A DNA stretch of 63,690 nt, filler included, from Folioceros fuciformis (taxonomy: Eukaryota): assembly GCA_049999805.1 (NCBI GenBank). It is 13 parts of 13 records of this genome, joined end to end, with 100 filler letters (N's around TTAATTAATTAA, not from the genome) between each part and the next. Parts side by side here need not be neighbours in the genome. Positions count along the whole stretch, not along the records: positions 47,607 to 59,481 come from JBNGIO010004917.1; 12 more parts are not named here. One strand, 5' to 3'. Position numbers and translations under genes: made by a program. Positions 48,321 to 59,581 of the stretch are shown in pieces; the stretch's first letter is position 1; the number at the start of each line of letters is the position of its first letter. The notes under the pieces are model-generated. The model was not told where the DNA came from. It saw nothing but the letters and a program-made list of their open reading frames with translations, and ran no database searches.

Positions 48321-48722
48321 AGGCACTCTCCTCCTGTCCACGAGGGCACTCTCCTCTTGTCAAGGTGGGCACTCTCCTCCTGTCCAGGTGGTCACTCTCC
48401 TCTTGTCCAGGCGGACACTCTCCTCCTGTCCAGGCATGCACTCTCCTCCTGTCCAGGCGGTCACTCTCCTCTTGTCCAGGCGGGCACTCTCCTCCTGTCC
48501 AGGCGGGCACTCTCCTCCTGTTCGCGGGCGGGCACTCTCCTCCTGTCGCGGGCGGGCACTCTCCTCCTGTTCGCGGGCACTCTCCTCGTGTTCGCTCTCG
48601 AGAGAAGCTTTCACATACCTTGGGCTGCTAGTTTTGTAAGCGCACGTTCGCGGGCACTCTCCTCGTGTTCGCTCTCGAGAGCAGATTTCACATACCTTGG
48701 GCTGCTAGTTTTGTAAGCGCAC
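48321..48722. repeat. 23-bp minisatellite (~12 units) followed by a ~77-bp two-copy duplication
   Basis: CACTCTCCTC(C/T)TGTCCAGGCGGG at 48324, 48347, 48370, 48393 and onward; 48569-48645 is repeated at 48646-48722. Confidence 0.92.
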
Positions 48723-49196
48723 TTTCGTACAAGTTGGATAATATCACAGTAAAAAAACTCATAAAAATAAGCATTGACCTGCTATGCCATTGGTCCATGC
48801 AGGGTACATAATAGATGTCAGAAAACACCATTTTCGATGTCTAGCATCCACGTAAGGGCCAGGGTGCAGGTTATTTAGTTCTTGTGAACCGGGTTCAAAT
48901 TGACCCTCCAATCACATGTCACATGAGGTGTGTCAGGATTTATACCAGGCTTGTGAAACGGGCCTTAATCTTGAATTACTAGAAAGAGAGATTTCTTGCA
49001 GGAAAAGCCCGTTACTCGACTGGTCTGGTGTAACACGTATCGCAAGAGCCCGAGCTGCACCTCCCCAGCGCGCTTGCTGAAACATGCAGTACATACACCT
49101 GCTCAAAAGATCACTGCACGTAGGGATAACAGCCACAGCAGTAACAAGGAGTCCCCTTTGCTCTGCGGGCAGGAGAGGAAGAAAAAGCTACTGAGG

Positions 49197-51137
49197 CTAT
49201 TGAGTTTGCGGCTTGACATGACTAGTGCCCTGCGACCCTCGAGTCGGAATACTGGTCTTATCCTTCGCCTCCGCTTCACTGCTTTGTGCTGCTGGAGGCT
49301 TGTAGTTCTTCATCTCCTCAGCCACACCGGTTGCTAGGGACTCGGCGTCATAATTCTTCCCATAAAACTTCACGAAGTCCATGTTTGGATCCATTAAGTA
49401 CCTGCGAGGAAATACAAATATGTCAAGCCCATGTAAACAATTCGGTAGACAATTTTAAGGATTGCATAACGAAGGGAACGCACATGATGATGGAGTGATC
49501 CACCAGGTAGTCATTGCCGTCGTCTTCAGTCTTCATATAGTAGACTCGGTACTCCTTAGCAGCCTTCCTCACGTCATCCACAGATCCAGTAAGACCTATG
49601 AGTCTTGGGTGGAACTCTGCACCAATCCACTCATAGACAACAGGGTCAGAGCAGGTGCTACTGCTTCCAAACCGTCGAGATTCTGCACATCATCGATTGC
49701 GTGCTCACCGTGTAGGTACTCCCGCAGTTGCTGCACGGTGTCACGTTCTGGATCAACTGAAATGAAAACTGGAACAACTTGCACACCCGTCCTCTTCTCT
49801 GTAAATTTGCACAAATGGATCCATCAGCAGCCACTGTCAGCTGATGAACTGCAAGCCAAGCCCACAGAACGCATCCAGAGACAGGTTACGGGGATAAACA
49901 ACCGTGAAACAGAAGCACAACCTATTTTGTCAATCGCCTCAGCCATTTTGACAAGCTCATCTGGACAGATGTCCGGACAGTGAGTGAACCCAAAGTAAAT
50001 GAGTGTCCAGTTTCCCCTGAAGTCACGATCTGTGACAACCTTCCCCTCTTGATTTATGAGTTTGAAAGGACCTCCGATGGCTGCCTTACCCACCGATGGG
50101 CCCAGCTTGGCTTCAGGCGGGCTCTTAATTGCTGCAAAAGGCGGAAGCACAGAAGTTATCAACCAACGCTCGTAAAATCCAGTCACACAGCGATTGCACA
50201 CCTTTGAGCTTCATGGCAGATAACCGCACCACACTCTCATGCCCCTCTAGAAAAGGTCCACTGTGCCTTCATGCACTAATCGGACGATTCAAACAAACGG
50301 CGTCGGACAAAAGAGCCCTTGTGGCAGCCTTGAGCTACAAAAGCCTGGTACTTTCCGCAACGGAAAGCCTGGAGGTCCATAACTTGTAGGTAGGGGCCTG
50401 GGAGTCTACCTTCTATGCGACGTTTCTTCTCCAGTTCAAAATAGAACAACAAGCCCACTCCTGTAATCACCAACAATCCCAAGCTTGCCCATGATACAGG
50501 CTGTTAAACACCCAAAATGACAAGGTCAAAACAATTGCCACAACCCTACGACAAGCACCAAGTCAACGACTTGAGTGTCTCACTTTCGGAAATCTCCCTA
50601 GCATGAATACCATGCACACTGTAAAGGAAGGCCTCTCACACTGCCTCTGATGTATCTTGCACTGGCAGGGGGGCCTTGAGGTTTTGTTATAGAGGTACGT
50701 TCCCCTTGGGCTGCTTCCGTAGCCTGTCTCGGTCTTGAAGTAGCGATATTCCGGCGTAGACTTGGCAACAGGATCAATCTCTGCAAGCCACAGGGCCATA
50801 CGAACCTGTCAAAGCTTTCTGCGGGACGTGGCCCAACAAAGCAAAGAACCGGCCCTAAGCTTACACGAGCAGAATTTAACTCTTCACTTCGAACACAATT
50901 TAGCGGATGCTCTCTGGGCCATGCATCTCGTCTCAAGTCCACCACATACGTCCTTTTGCTGAAAAATCTAGAGAGCTTCCGCGTAAGAAAACTTGATTCT
51001 GCACCACTGCTATTCTCCAATCCCCAGCACAAAATCCTCGATGCAGGATAATCAAAGCTGTGGTGATAGGCGCTAGCAAAACTCCGGAGGAAGGACCTCA
51101 GCTGCTTCGACGACCGCTGTGCTTGGCAACCTGCCAT
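49197..51137 (-). CDS. SCO1: Mitochondrial copper chaperone SCO1/HCC1 (multi-exon)
   Basis: Exons [31 protein letters not shown]...[15 protein letters not shown] (CxxxC 49965-49979), [22 protein letters not shown] and [10 protein letters not shown]; Arg/Ser-rich presequence from ATG 51137. 5' exon boundaries are approximate. Confidence 0.93.
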
Positions 51138-51395
51138 ACTGTCCCCGCTACAGACTACAGATATCCTTTCCTGCCGACCATCTCCTGATCTCCAGAGGTC
51201 AAGCCACACCGAAGACGAATTTTGCTACGGGCGATGATCCCAGGAGCCTGACGCGAGTAGGTTACACACCCCGTAGAACCCTAAACCCCGGAGATCATCG
51301 AACACAGAGCGTGTCGACTCGAGGGCGGTTGCTGGAGGCTGTCCCGTTGCGGCTACCGTTCAGGTTCGGGAAGGGTCTGTAGGGTGACAATCGAG
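51138..51395. promoter_or_regulatory. Putative bidirectional promoter between SCO1 and CLPR4
   Basis: Only 258 nt lie between the divergent ATGs; telo-box-like AACCCTAAA at ~51277. Confidence 0.55.
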
Positions 51396-52304
51396 ATGGC
51401 GGCTTTGGAGGCGGTCGGAATGAATGTGTCCTGCAGCAGAGCCTGGTCTGCCCGTCCCTGCAGGGCCGGGCCTTCTCCTTCTTGCTCCAGTGTAGCAATG
51501 GCTAGGAGGAGTAGGCTGGGAGGCGAGTTGGCAGGTTTGGATGTGAGCGGCAGTAGGGGTAGCTTGCTGGTGGAGGGAGGGATGGGTCGAGTTTGGAAGG
51601 GGATTCAGGCAGCTCCGGCTTCTGGAGGGAGTGGTCGGAAGGGAGTGGTGACCATGGTCATTCCTTTCCAACGAGGAGATGCAACCCAGCAACCACCTCC
51701 GGATTTGGCTTCCTATTTGTTCAAGAACCGGATAGTCTTTTTGGGGATGTCCCTGGTGCCGGCTGTGACCGAATTGATCATGGCAGAGCTACTGTACCTG
51801 CAGTACGAAGACCCGGAGAAACCCATCTACATGTACATCAATTCCACGGGGACCACCAAGGATGGGGAGAAGCTTGGGTACGAGACAGAAGCATTCGCAA
51901 TCTACGACACAATGAGGTATGTGAAACCCCCAATATTCACGCTGTGTGTGGGGAATGCCTGGGGGGAGGCTGCAATGCTCCTGGCGGCCGGGTCCAAGGG
52001 CAACCGGTCAGCCCTGCCTTCCGCCACCATTATGATCAAGCAACCGATTGCCATGTTCCGTGGTCAAGCCACAGACATTGACATAGCCCGGAAGGAGGTG
52101 AGGAACGTTAAGACAGAGCTGGTAGCCTTGTATGCGAGGCACACCGACCATACTCCAGAGGAGATTGAGAGAGACATTGCAAGGCCAAAGTATTTCAGTC
52201 CACAGGAAGCTGTGGAGTATGGCATCATTGACAAAGTCCTAAATGCGGAGAAAGATAGCTCTCGTGGGATTGTGCAGGATCTGAAGCGGAAGCAGTTGCT
52301 GTAA
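51396..52304 (+). CDS. CLPR4: Plastid Clp protease non-catalytic subunit ClpR4, intronless
   Basis: Transit peptide, then MVIPF...QPPPDLASYLFKNRIVFLGMSLVP...INSTGTTKDGEKLGYETEAFAIYD...VGNAWGEAA (catalytic Ser absent)...DLKRKQLL; uninterrupted ORF. Confidence 0.95.
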   Translation: MAALEAVGMNVSCSRAWSARPCRAGPSPSCSSVAMARRSRLGGELAGLDVSGSRGSLLVEGGMGRVWKGIQAAPASGGSGRKGVVTMVIPFQRGDATQQPPPDLASYLFKNRIVFLGMSLVPAVTELIMAELLYLQYEDPEKPIYMYINSTGTTKDGEKLGYETEAFAIYDTMRYVKPPIFTLCVGNAWGEAAMLLAAGSKGNRSALPSATIMIKQPIAMFRGQATDIDIARKEVRNVKTELVALYARHTDHTPEEIERDIARPKYFSPQEAVEYGIIDKVLNAEKDSSRGIVQDLKRKQLL

Positions 52305-53597
52305 GCTAAGCTGCTATGACGACCTACGTGTGGCAAACGTGATGTCATCCTCCACTGTTTCGTAAGAAGCATGCAGAGTGGCCTCTTTTCTTATTGTCAA
52401 CTGTACAGCCTCTATCTCTCCTGGCTGCTGACTGCTGGCCTCAAGGCTGAGCTCGGATATAGGCAGTGTTCGTCCACAACTTACCAGAAGTGAAGCTGAA
52501 CATCCTACAAGCATGGTGGTGTGCACAAGAGAGATTCCTGGAGATCTGTAGGTGAACACTCCCCTGATGTGTCTCTGTCCTTCAAGTTGACGTGAAAGGA
52601 AACAGCTGGAACAGTACGTTCTAAGAATTGTGAATTCTTTGTGGTCAACGAGACGCAAAGTAATGGTTGGAGGAGGTAGTTTGGTCATCCATTCAAATCA
52701 TTTGTCTTCATGTTCGAAGCCTGTTTCCCACGAAAACTGGCTCTACTGGTCTCAGCCTAATTGCAACAAGAGAGCCTGCAACTAAGACAAGCCAGAGACG
52801 CTTATAACTCGGGAGCAGTGCTACTGCCATTTGAGAGGCAACAGGGAATGTGATCTCAAATCGAGTGTCGAATTTATTTCAATTGCGTAAAACTGAAATC
52901 GTGCTTTCCTCAAGCTATGGAGCATACACATGAGACTACTATTCCCCAAACAATGTCGGCAGTTTACTCCCAACGACCTCGACAAACCCTCAGTCAAACG
53001 GTCACCATCGTTTTGTTCTTGCGGACGGTAGCGAAGGAGCCGCGAGCACAGTGACGTGCGTGGGTGACGAGGCAGCAGCACGTGCCGACAGAGGCTCAAC
53101 TATTAGTATACACCTACATACTGTACAGGATTTGTACATACAGTAGGCAGAGAAGCCACTGCATATTTCGTTTGTTGTCGGATTTTGGAGATGTGCACTG
53201 TGTGTTTGAGCACTCCCAATACCTTGTTGACGGGTCAGCCTGTCTTTGAAGCTCGTGACCCGCCCTCCCCTTTCCCGTCGCTTCCTTACCGAGAATTCTG
53301 CTGCTCAGAACCGGGGGCTTCCTACCTGCTGTTCGTTGTCTCTTCACGTTTCGAGCGTAGTTTGGTGGCACAACTATGTGCTCGCAGGCCGGCGTTCTCC
53401 TGCAGGCGGCTACGACGGAGCAATGGGTGCACTCCAGCTGAAAGAATTGTGGAGGTAGTACGATGGGATGGATTTCAGCATGAACCAGCGAGAATTCAGT
53501 TGGCACAGTTTGCGGGACGCCTTGTGGGTGGAAGTGTTACTATGATCTCACAGGGTTAGCTGTAAGGATTGTACAGGAGGAGGGCACCTGTGATGAC

Positions 53598-54827
53598 ATG
53601 ACGCTCGTTGTGGCATTGTTGCCCATCGGGGCACTCCTGGCTATGGTCACCACGACAATGCTGGAGACTGCCCTAGCAGCTCAGGATGTGTTGATTGAGA
53701 AGGAGAGTTTCGAATGCTTGGCTAGGTATCTGCAAGACGTGCAGCCTGTGCTTGCGGAGATGACTCGACGAAATATTGAAGAGTCCAGTGCTACCAGGCT
53801 GGCCATGGACTCCTTGAAGGAGAAAATCGCGAAGGCAAACAAGCTCATCAATTACTGCAAGACCACGTCCCGGATTTCCCTGTTTTTCAAGTGCATGAGC
53901 ATTGTGAAGCAGCTGCAGGCAGTGACTTGTGACATTGGGCGGTCCTTGGAGCTGCTGGGAGTGGCCATTGCAGAAGTGTCGGTAGACATCGGGGATAACG
54001 TGGTGAGACTCCAGAACGAGATGATGGCTGCTGAGTTTGAGACTTCGGATTCTCGGAAGCGAGTACTGGAAAAACTGAATCGGGGTCTTCAGCAGCAGCA
54101 CACGGACCAGAGGTTTGCCAATGATCTCCTCCGAGATATCGCAATTGCTGTTGGTGTGCCCCTGAATGACTTGAGGATTCAGCAAGAGCTTGCCAGCTTC
54201 AAAAGGGAGAAGGAGGAGTCTACGGAGAGGAAGGAGCAGGAGGAGGAGGAGTTCATGGAGCAGGTTACTGCTCTGCTTATGAGGAGTGATGCGGCCAAGG
54301 AGCTGCAAGATGCCAGTATCACGTACCCGCCTAGGGACTAGAATCCTATACCAGTGTTTGACTCTTTCATTTGTCCGTTGAAGCAGGACGTCATGGAGAA
54401 TCCCGTGGTTGTTGCTACAGGCCAGACATATGAACGAGAGCAGATTGAGCGATGGTTCGCCGAAGGGCATACCAAGGATCCCGTGACTCGTCAGGAGCTG
54501 CCGAACTTAGAGCTGAGGCCAAACGGTCCGGTTCGCCATTCTATCGAGGAATGGAAGGAGCGCAACTTCTGGCGGAGCATCGACAAGGCAAAGTAGGCTC
54601 TGGAAGGAGGGGATACCTCGAAACAGGTGACGGCTCTACATGATCTTCAACAACTTTGTGAAGATGACAGTGGAAATAAGGTGAGGATCGCTAGTCGAGG
54701 AGTACTAGCTGACATCGTCAGACTGAAGGCACACAACCTTGATGTCAAGACCGAGTGTTTGTCGGCAGTGTCGGCAATTGTGCGCGACCAGGATAGCAAC
54801 AAAGTCAGCAGCTCATCCCAGCAGTGA
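53598..54827 (+). pseudogene. U-box/ARM E3 ligase (PUB43/44-SAUL1-like) pseudogene, truncated
   Basis: N-terminal helical domain plus U-box FICPLKQDVMENPVVVATGQTYEREQIERWF...DPVT...LRPN. In-frame TAG stops at 54339 and 54594; the ARM region is cut off by the LTR at 54876. Confidence 0.88.
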
Positions 54828-55197
54828 TGACTACTGTACTGGTGGTAGTCTTCACTCAATCTCGTATTTTAAGACTGTTGGGTGCCATGCTCAGTTTGTC
54901 CATAGAGCTGCTGGGTGAGCTGTTATAAGCCTATAGGGTTCGAGCAACACATGTAGATTGTATTAGAGGTATATTATAAGTTGTCTGGAGATGAATTATC
55001 TTTTGAGCGAGACAGCGAATAGGCTAAGTCTATATAAGTGTGTAAGGACTATATGTTATAAATGAACTTGTCCACGGATTTACCTTGGGATTTATTGTTT
55101 TCTAACATGGTATCAAAGCATTGGTTGTAAGTTTCTAGTTGTAAGTCTCTATGGAATGACTTCGGCTTTAGCTACGAGTAGACGGAAGAGTAGACAC

Positions 55198-55490
55198 GAG
55201 GACTACTTTTGTCATGGCTGAGGACTACTTTTGTCATGGCTTTGGAAAGTTCTGACTACCTTCGTCGTGGCTTTGGAAAGTTCCTACAACCTTCGTCATG
55301 GGCTTTGGAAAGTTCCGACAACCTTCATCATGGCTTTAGAAAGTTTCGACAACCTTCTTCATGGCTTTGGAAAGGGGTTTTGGAAAGTTCTGACAACCTT
55401 CCTCATGGCTTTGGAAAGTTCCGACAACCTTCTTCATGGCTTTGGAAAGTTCCGACAACCTTCGTCATGGCTTTGGAAAGTTCCAACAAC
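55198..55490. repeat. 31-bp tandem array (~8 units) between PBS and gag
   Basis: Unit TTCGTCATGGCTTTGGAAAGTTCCGACAACC. Confidence 0.9.
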
Positions 55491-55961
55491 GGGTGACAGT
55501 TTTGAAAAGTTTGACCCTTCCATCTCGAACTTTCCCCTATAGAGTATGAAGATGAGACTGTTGCTCGAGGAGAAGGAGGTATGGAGATTGTAAGCGAAGC
55601 TAGGAAAAGCCAGTAGAAAACTTAGGTGTCTTAAGAGATTGGGTGATGAAGAATCACCATGCATGGAATGTGATATGTCTTCACTTGAAGAACCTACTTT
55701 TTGCGGAGTTTTAGAGGTGTGGAGCACTATGGGAGAGCTCTATCAAAGTAAGAACTTTGCGAAGAGAATCTTCCTGAAGAATAAGCTTTATTGTTTAAAG
55801 ATGAGTGAAGATGATTACCAATCACTTAAGCAACGTAAGGGATTTGACTAATCAGTTAGAGTCTACAGGAGTGAAGCTTGGCGAGGATGACATTGCTATG
55901 GCAATCCTAAATAGCTTGCCCACATCATATCAGAGTCTTGTTGTTGCTTTGAATGCACGAG

Positions 55962-57835
55962 CATTGGCTGGATTGATGACACGGGGGCATATGTCATTGC
56001 TCCTTCATGCAAAAAGTCTACAAAAAAACTTCAGGCTATGCTTCGTGTGGCATCGGAGTGGGCCTCCACGCATCTCGTGGAGTTCGATTCTAACAAGTTT
56101 GAACTTATTCATTTTTCCCTGAAGCGTAAGAATCAACAAAGGAATGTACTCTTTCGTTACCCGATGGTTCCCTTATCACTCCCTCCAAGTGTATTAGGTT
56201 TTTGGGCTTCTATTTGGATTCCAAGTTAACTTGGAACACGCATGTTCATCAGGTTTCGGCTTCAGCAATGCGTACTTTGTCAGCTATAATCTCTCTTGGG
56301 AATTCAGTTTGGGGCCTCAATGCCAAGCTTCTTCGACAATTATACATCAGTGTTGTCCTGCCCTAGCTCGATTACGGCTGCAATGTCTGGTTCAATGAAG
56401 GTCGTACACACATTCAACACCTCCAACGGGTCCAACGTCTTGCCTGTAGGGCCATTACTGGTGCGTTTCGAACTACCTCCACTGATGCCCTGGAATTTGA
56501 AGCTTTTCTTCTGCCCACGGAGTTGCGCTTCCAACGCCATTCTCTCCGTTCTCTCCTCCGCAACGTCTCCTGCCCTCCCTCTCACCCCATCCATCAAGTC
56601 TTTCTTCCTACGACTAACTACAAAAAACGCTACCACAGTGCTATCCGCAGTCGCCTCACACTTCTTTCCCCTCTCCACTGCCATTGAGACTATGTTTCCT
56701 CGACTCGTGCCTCCTTGGGCCTCTCCTCTTTCTTTACCCACAACCATCGTAATTTTACTATCTCCCACTTCTGCTATTGCCTCACATTCCCTACATCTTT
56801 TGACTCCTGATGCCCTTGCCATTTACATTGATGGTTCTTTTCTGGATGGTCATGCTGGGGGCGCAGCTGTTTTCTACTTCAAAAGGGATATTGTCCATCA
56901 ATTATCTTTTGGTTTAGAAACATACTACGGGGTTTATGAGGCAGAACTCCTCTCTGTGGTCAAAGTAATTTCATACCTGCCCTCTTTGCTTCCATCCCCA
57001 GGATTTCGTCAGTTACAATTTTCCTTGATAATCAAGCAGCTATCATGTCTTTAACGGACACTTCGGCTCGCCCAGCCCAAGCCATATCTCTCCAAGCTAG
57101 GAGATCTCTCCATGCCTTGTCAGTAGCTCATCCGGAGGTTTCCCTTAATCTCCACTAGATTCCGGGCCATCATAATATAGTTGGTAATGAGCATGCAGAT
57201 GTAACCGCTAAGGCTGCCACTCTTCTTCCCATTTCCCGCGAAGACCGGATCCTACCAGTGTCCAGAGCTCGCCAGCAAATTCATGATGCAATTCTACAGA
57301 AGTGGCGTTTACGGTGGGTTTCCTCAACTAAGGCTTCTGCGCTTAAGAGAGGTGGTGCTTGGTGGCCCTTCGGCCTCGGTGCTACAACGCCTTGGTCTCC
57401 ATGACCTTAAGCTCTCATCATTTCTCACCTAGCTTCGGACTTGGCATATGGCTATTGGGGCTTACTTTAAGAGATTCAACACTGCAGAGGATCCATTTTG
57501 TCGGAAATGCAGGTCTTCAGAAGAAACTCGTCACCACATCCTTGGCCAGTGTATGGCCACTCGCAACACTTGGATCCTGGTGTTTCAAGGCTCTTACTAC
57601 GATATCCGTCAACTTCTTAGTGTCCCCGAACTCAGGGAAAAACTTCTCTTACTTCAAGGCAATTGGCGATTACTTAACTTAGGCTTATTGACATAGCTAT
57701 CTAGATTTGCTATTTTGTTTGCTCTATTCCTCTTTCTTTTGCGCTTTGCCAAAGTGTCCATTCAATCATGTTTTTGATTCATGTTCCGGCGTCATAGCGG
57801 CTGCATACGCATAATGATAAATAAATAAATAAATA
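55962..57835 (+). mobile_element. 5'-truncated non-LTR retrotransposon (RT C-terminus, RNase H, CCHC finger, (TAAA)n tail, 10-bp TSD), Tad1/I-group-like
   Basis: TSD AATGCACGAG at 55952-55961 and 57836-57845. Motifs GWIDD, WASTHLVEFDSNKFELIHF, LGFYLDSKLTW, ITGAFRTT, IYIDGS...VYEAEL...DNQAA...IPGH..IVGNEHAD and CRKC...ETRHHILGQC. Confidence 0.92.
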
Positions 57836-59581
57836 AATGCACGAGTAGAATTAGATGATCAATAATTGATTAGAGTTGACTAGTAAATTGTTTCATGACG
57901 AGCAAAGACAAAAAAAAAAAAAAAAATGATGATAATACAAACGCAAGTTCCGCCTTCTACTCGAAAGGAAGGATCGGGATCTTCTAAAGGTAATCATGAC
58001 CAAAGGAGTGGAGGATCTAATGAAAAGTCTTCTCATGACAAATCTTCTGTAAAGTATACATGTCATTATTGCAGCAAACCTAACCATATTGCAGAGAGAA
58101 GCAAATCTAACTATATTGCAGAGAGACTGTTCAAAGAAGGTTCCAGATATGAGGAATTCTAATAAGAAGGGACACCACAAATATGCCCATCATGTGGATG
58201 AAAAGGCATCAGGCGGCTCTAAGAAGTTTTTCTTTTTCTCTTCTAACTCTGAATGGAACACATCATTGTCTTCTCACTCTCCGTGCCAGCATATTAGAGA
58301 TAGTTGGTTTATAGATTCTAGAGCATCTTTAGATATGACCCTAAATAGGTAACGCTTTGTTACATATAAGGATTACCCTAATGATGACTGTATGTCATGA
58401 TCGATCACCCTAATGCCACTACGCGGTTGAAGACATAGATGAAGATCATTGAGTCAATCACAGGTTCACCACCACAATTATGCCGATCAACTAGATCAAG
58501 GAAACCATCACAAAAGTTTATAGAATCCATCAATGGATACATTAGTGAGGTGGTTGACTTTAGAGATGTTGATGGTCTAGTAGCTTGAAGAAAGCCTTCA
58601 ATGGCCCTAAAATCAAAGAATGGAAAGAAGCTGTGGACAGTGAGTATAAGTCACTCATAAAAAACAAAACGTGGACCATTACTCTACTACCTTCGAAAGG
58701 AAAAGCATAGGATCTAAATAGACTTTCAAAATCAAGTGAAAGGCTGATGGCAGCATAGAGTGTTACAAGGCAAGACTGGTGGGGAAAGGGTATATGCAAG
58801 TTCAAGGTTCGACATGAGGATGAAGTGTGTAAGTTGGAAAAGACAATTTATGGCCTTAAGCAATCTGCTGCAACTTGGTAGTAAGTTGGACAACCATTTT
58901 CGATATAAAGGTTTCAAGAAAACCAGTGCTACTAGAATATTTATGTGAAGTGAGTGGAAGATTGCATCATCATCATTGCCATGTATGTGGATGACCTAAT
59001 CATTGCAAGTTATGATAAGGAACTCGTGGACTCAACAAAAAGAAGTCTTAATGAAAGTTTCGATGTAGGGGATCTTGGTGAATTGCACTTTCTAGGGATA
59101 CAAGTGGCAAGAGATAAGGTGAACAATATGATCTCTTTGAGCCAGGAAATCTATGTAAAGAATATACTAGAGGAATTTGGGATGCAAGATTGCAAACCAA
59201 CAAAGACGCCAATGATTCCTATTGAGAAGTTATCGCAAGGAGCAACTGACAACGTGAAGGAACAATGGATAAGAATCTCACTGTGGATAAGAATCTCTAC
59301 CAACAGATAAGAATCTCTACCAACATGTAGGCGGTTGTCCTACTTATATGGCGACAAGCACTAGACCTGACATTGCGGAGGCAGTCGGAGTCTTTTATGT
59401 CGACTTGACATTCCACGCTTAACACGTCTCCCCTCGGGCTTCATGCAAGAAGCGATTCAGACTTACGGGCCTGTGTTTCTCNNNNNNNNNNNNNNNNNNN
59501 NNNNNNNNNNNNNNNNNNNNNNNNNTTAATTAATTAANNNNNNNNNNNNNNNNNNNNNNNNNNNNNNNNNNNNNNNNNNNN

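Larger units (their letters stand above)
54876..59481 (+). mobile_element. Degenerate copia (5' LTR 54876-55107, PBS 55108-55119, gag interrupted by a LINE, PR, RT remnants)
   Basis: TGTTGG...CTAACA|TGGTATCAAAGC; ILNSLPTSYQSLVVAL; CHYCSKPNHIAER; WFIDSRAS; MYVDDLII. Confidence 0.88.

Noticed and set aside
48195-48716. Repeat-protein ORFs
   Set aside because: They are translations of the 23-bp minisatellite.
5743-52304. Functional cluster linking LFY with SCO1/CLPR4
   Set aside because: They lie on different contigs separated by ten artificial gaps; order and linkage cannot be verified.
53673-54470. 265-aa minus-strand ORF
   Set aside because: Antisense shadow of the U-box gene.
55209-55542. 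31-bp array as CRISPR or a repeat protein
   Set aside because: Units are head-to-tail with no unique spacers, no cas genes are present, and the context is a eukaryotic LTR element.
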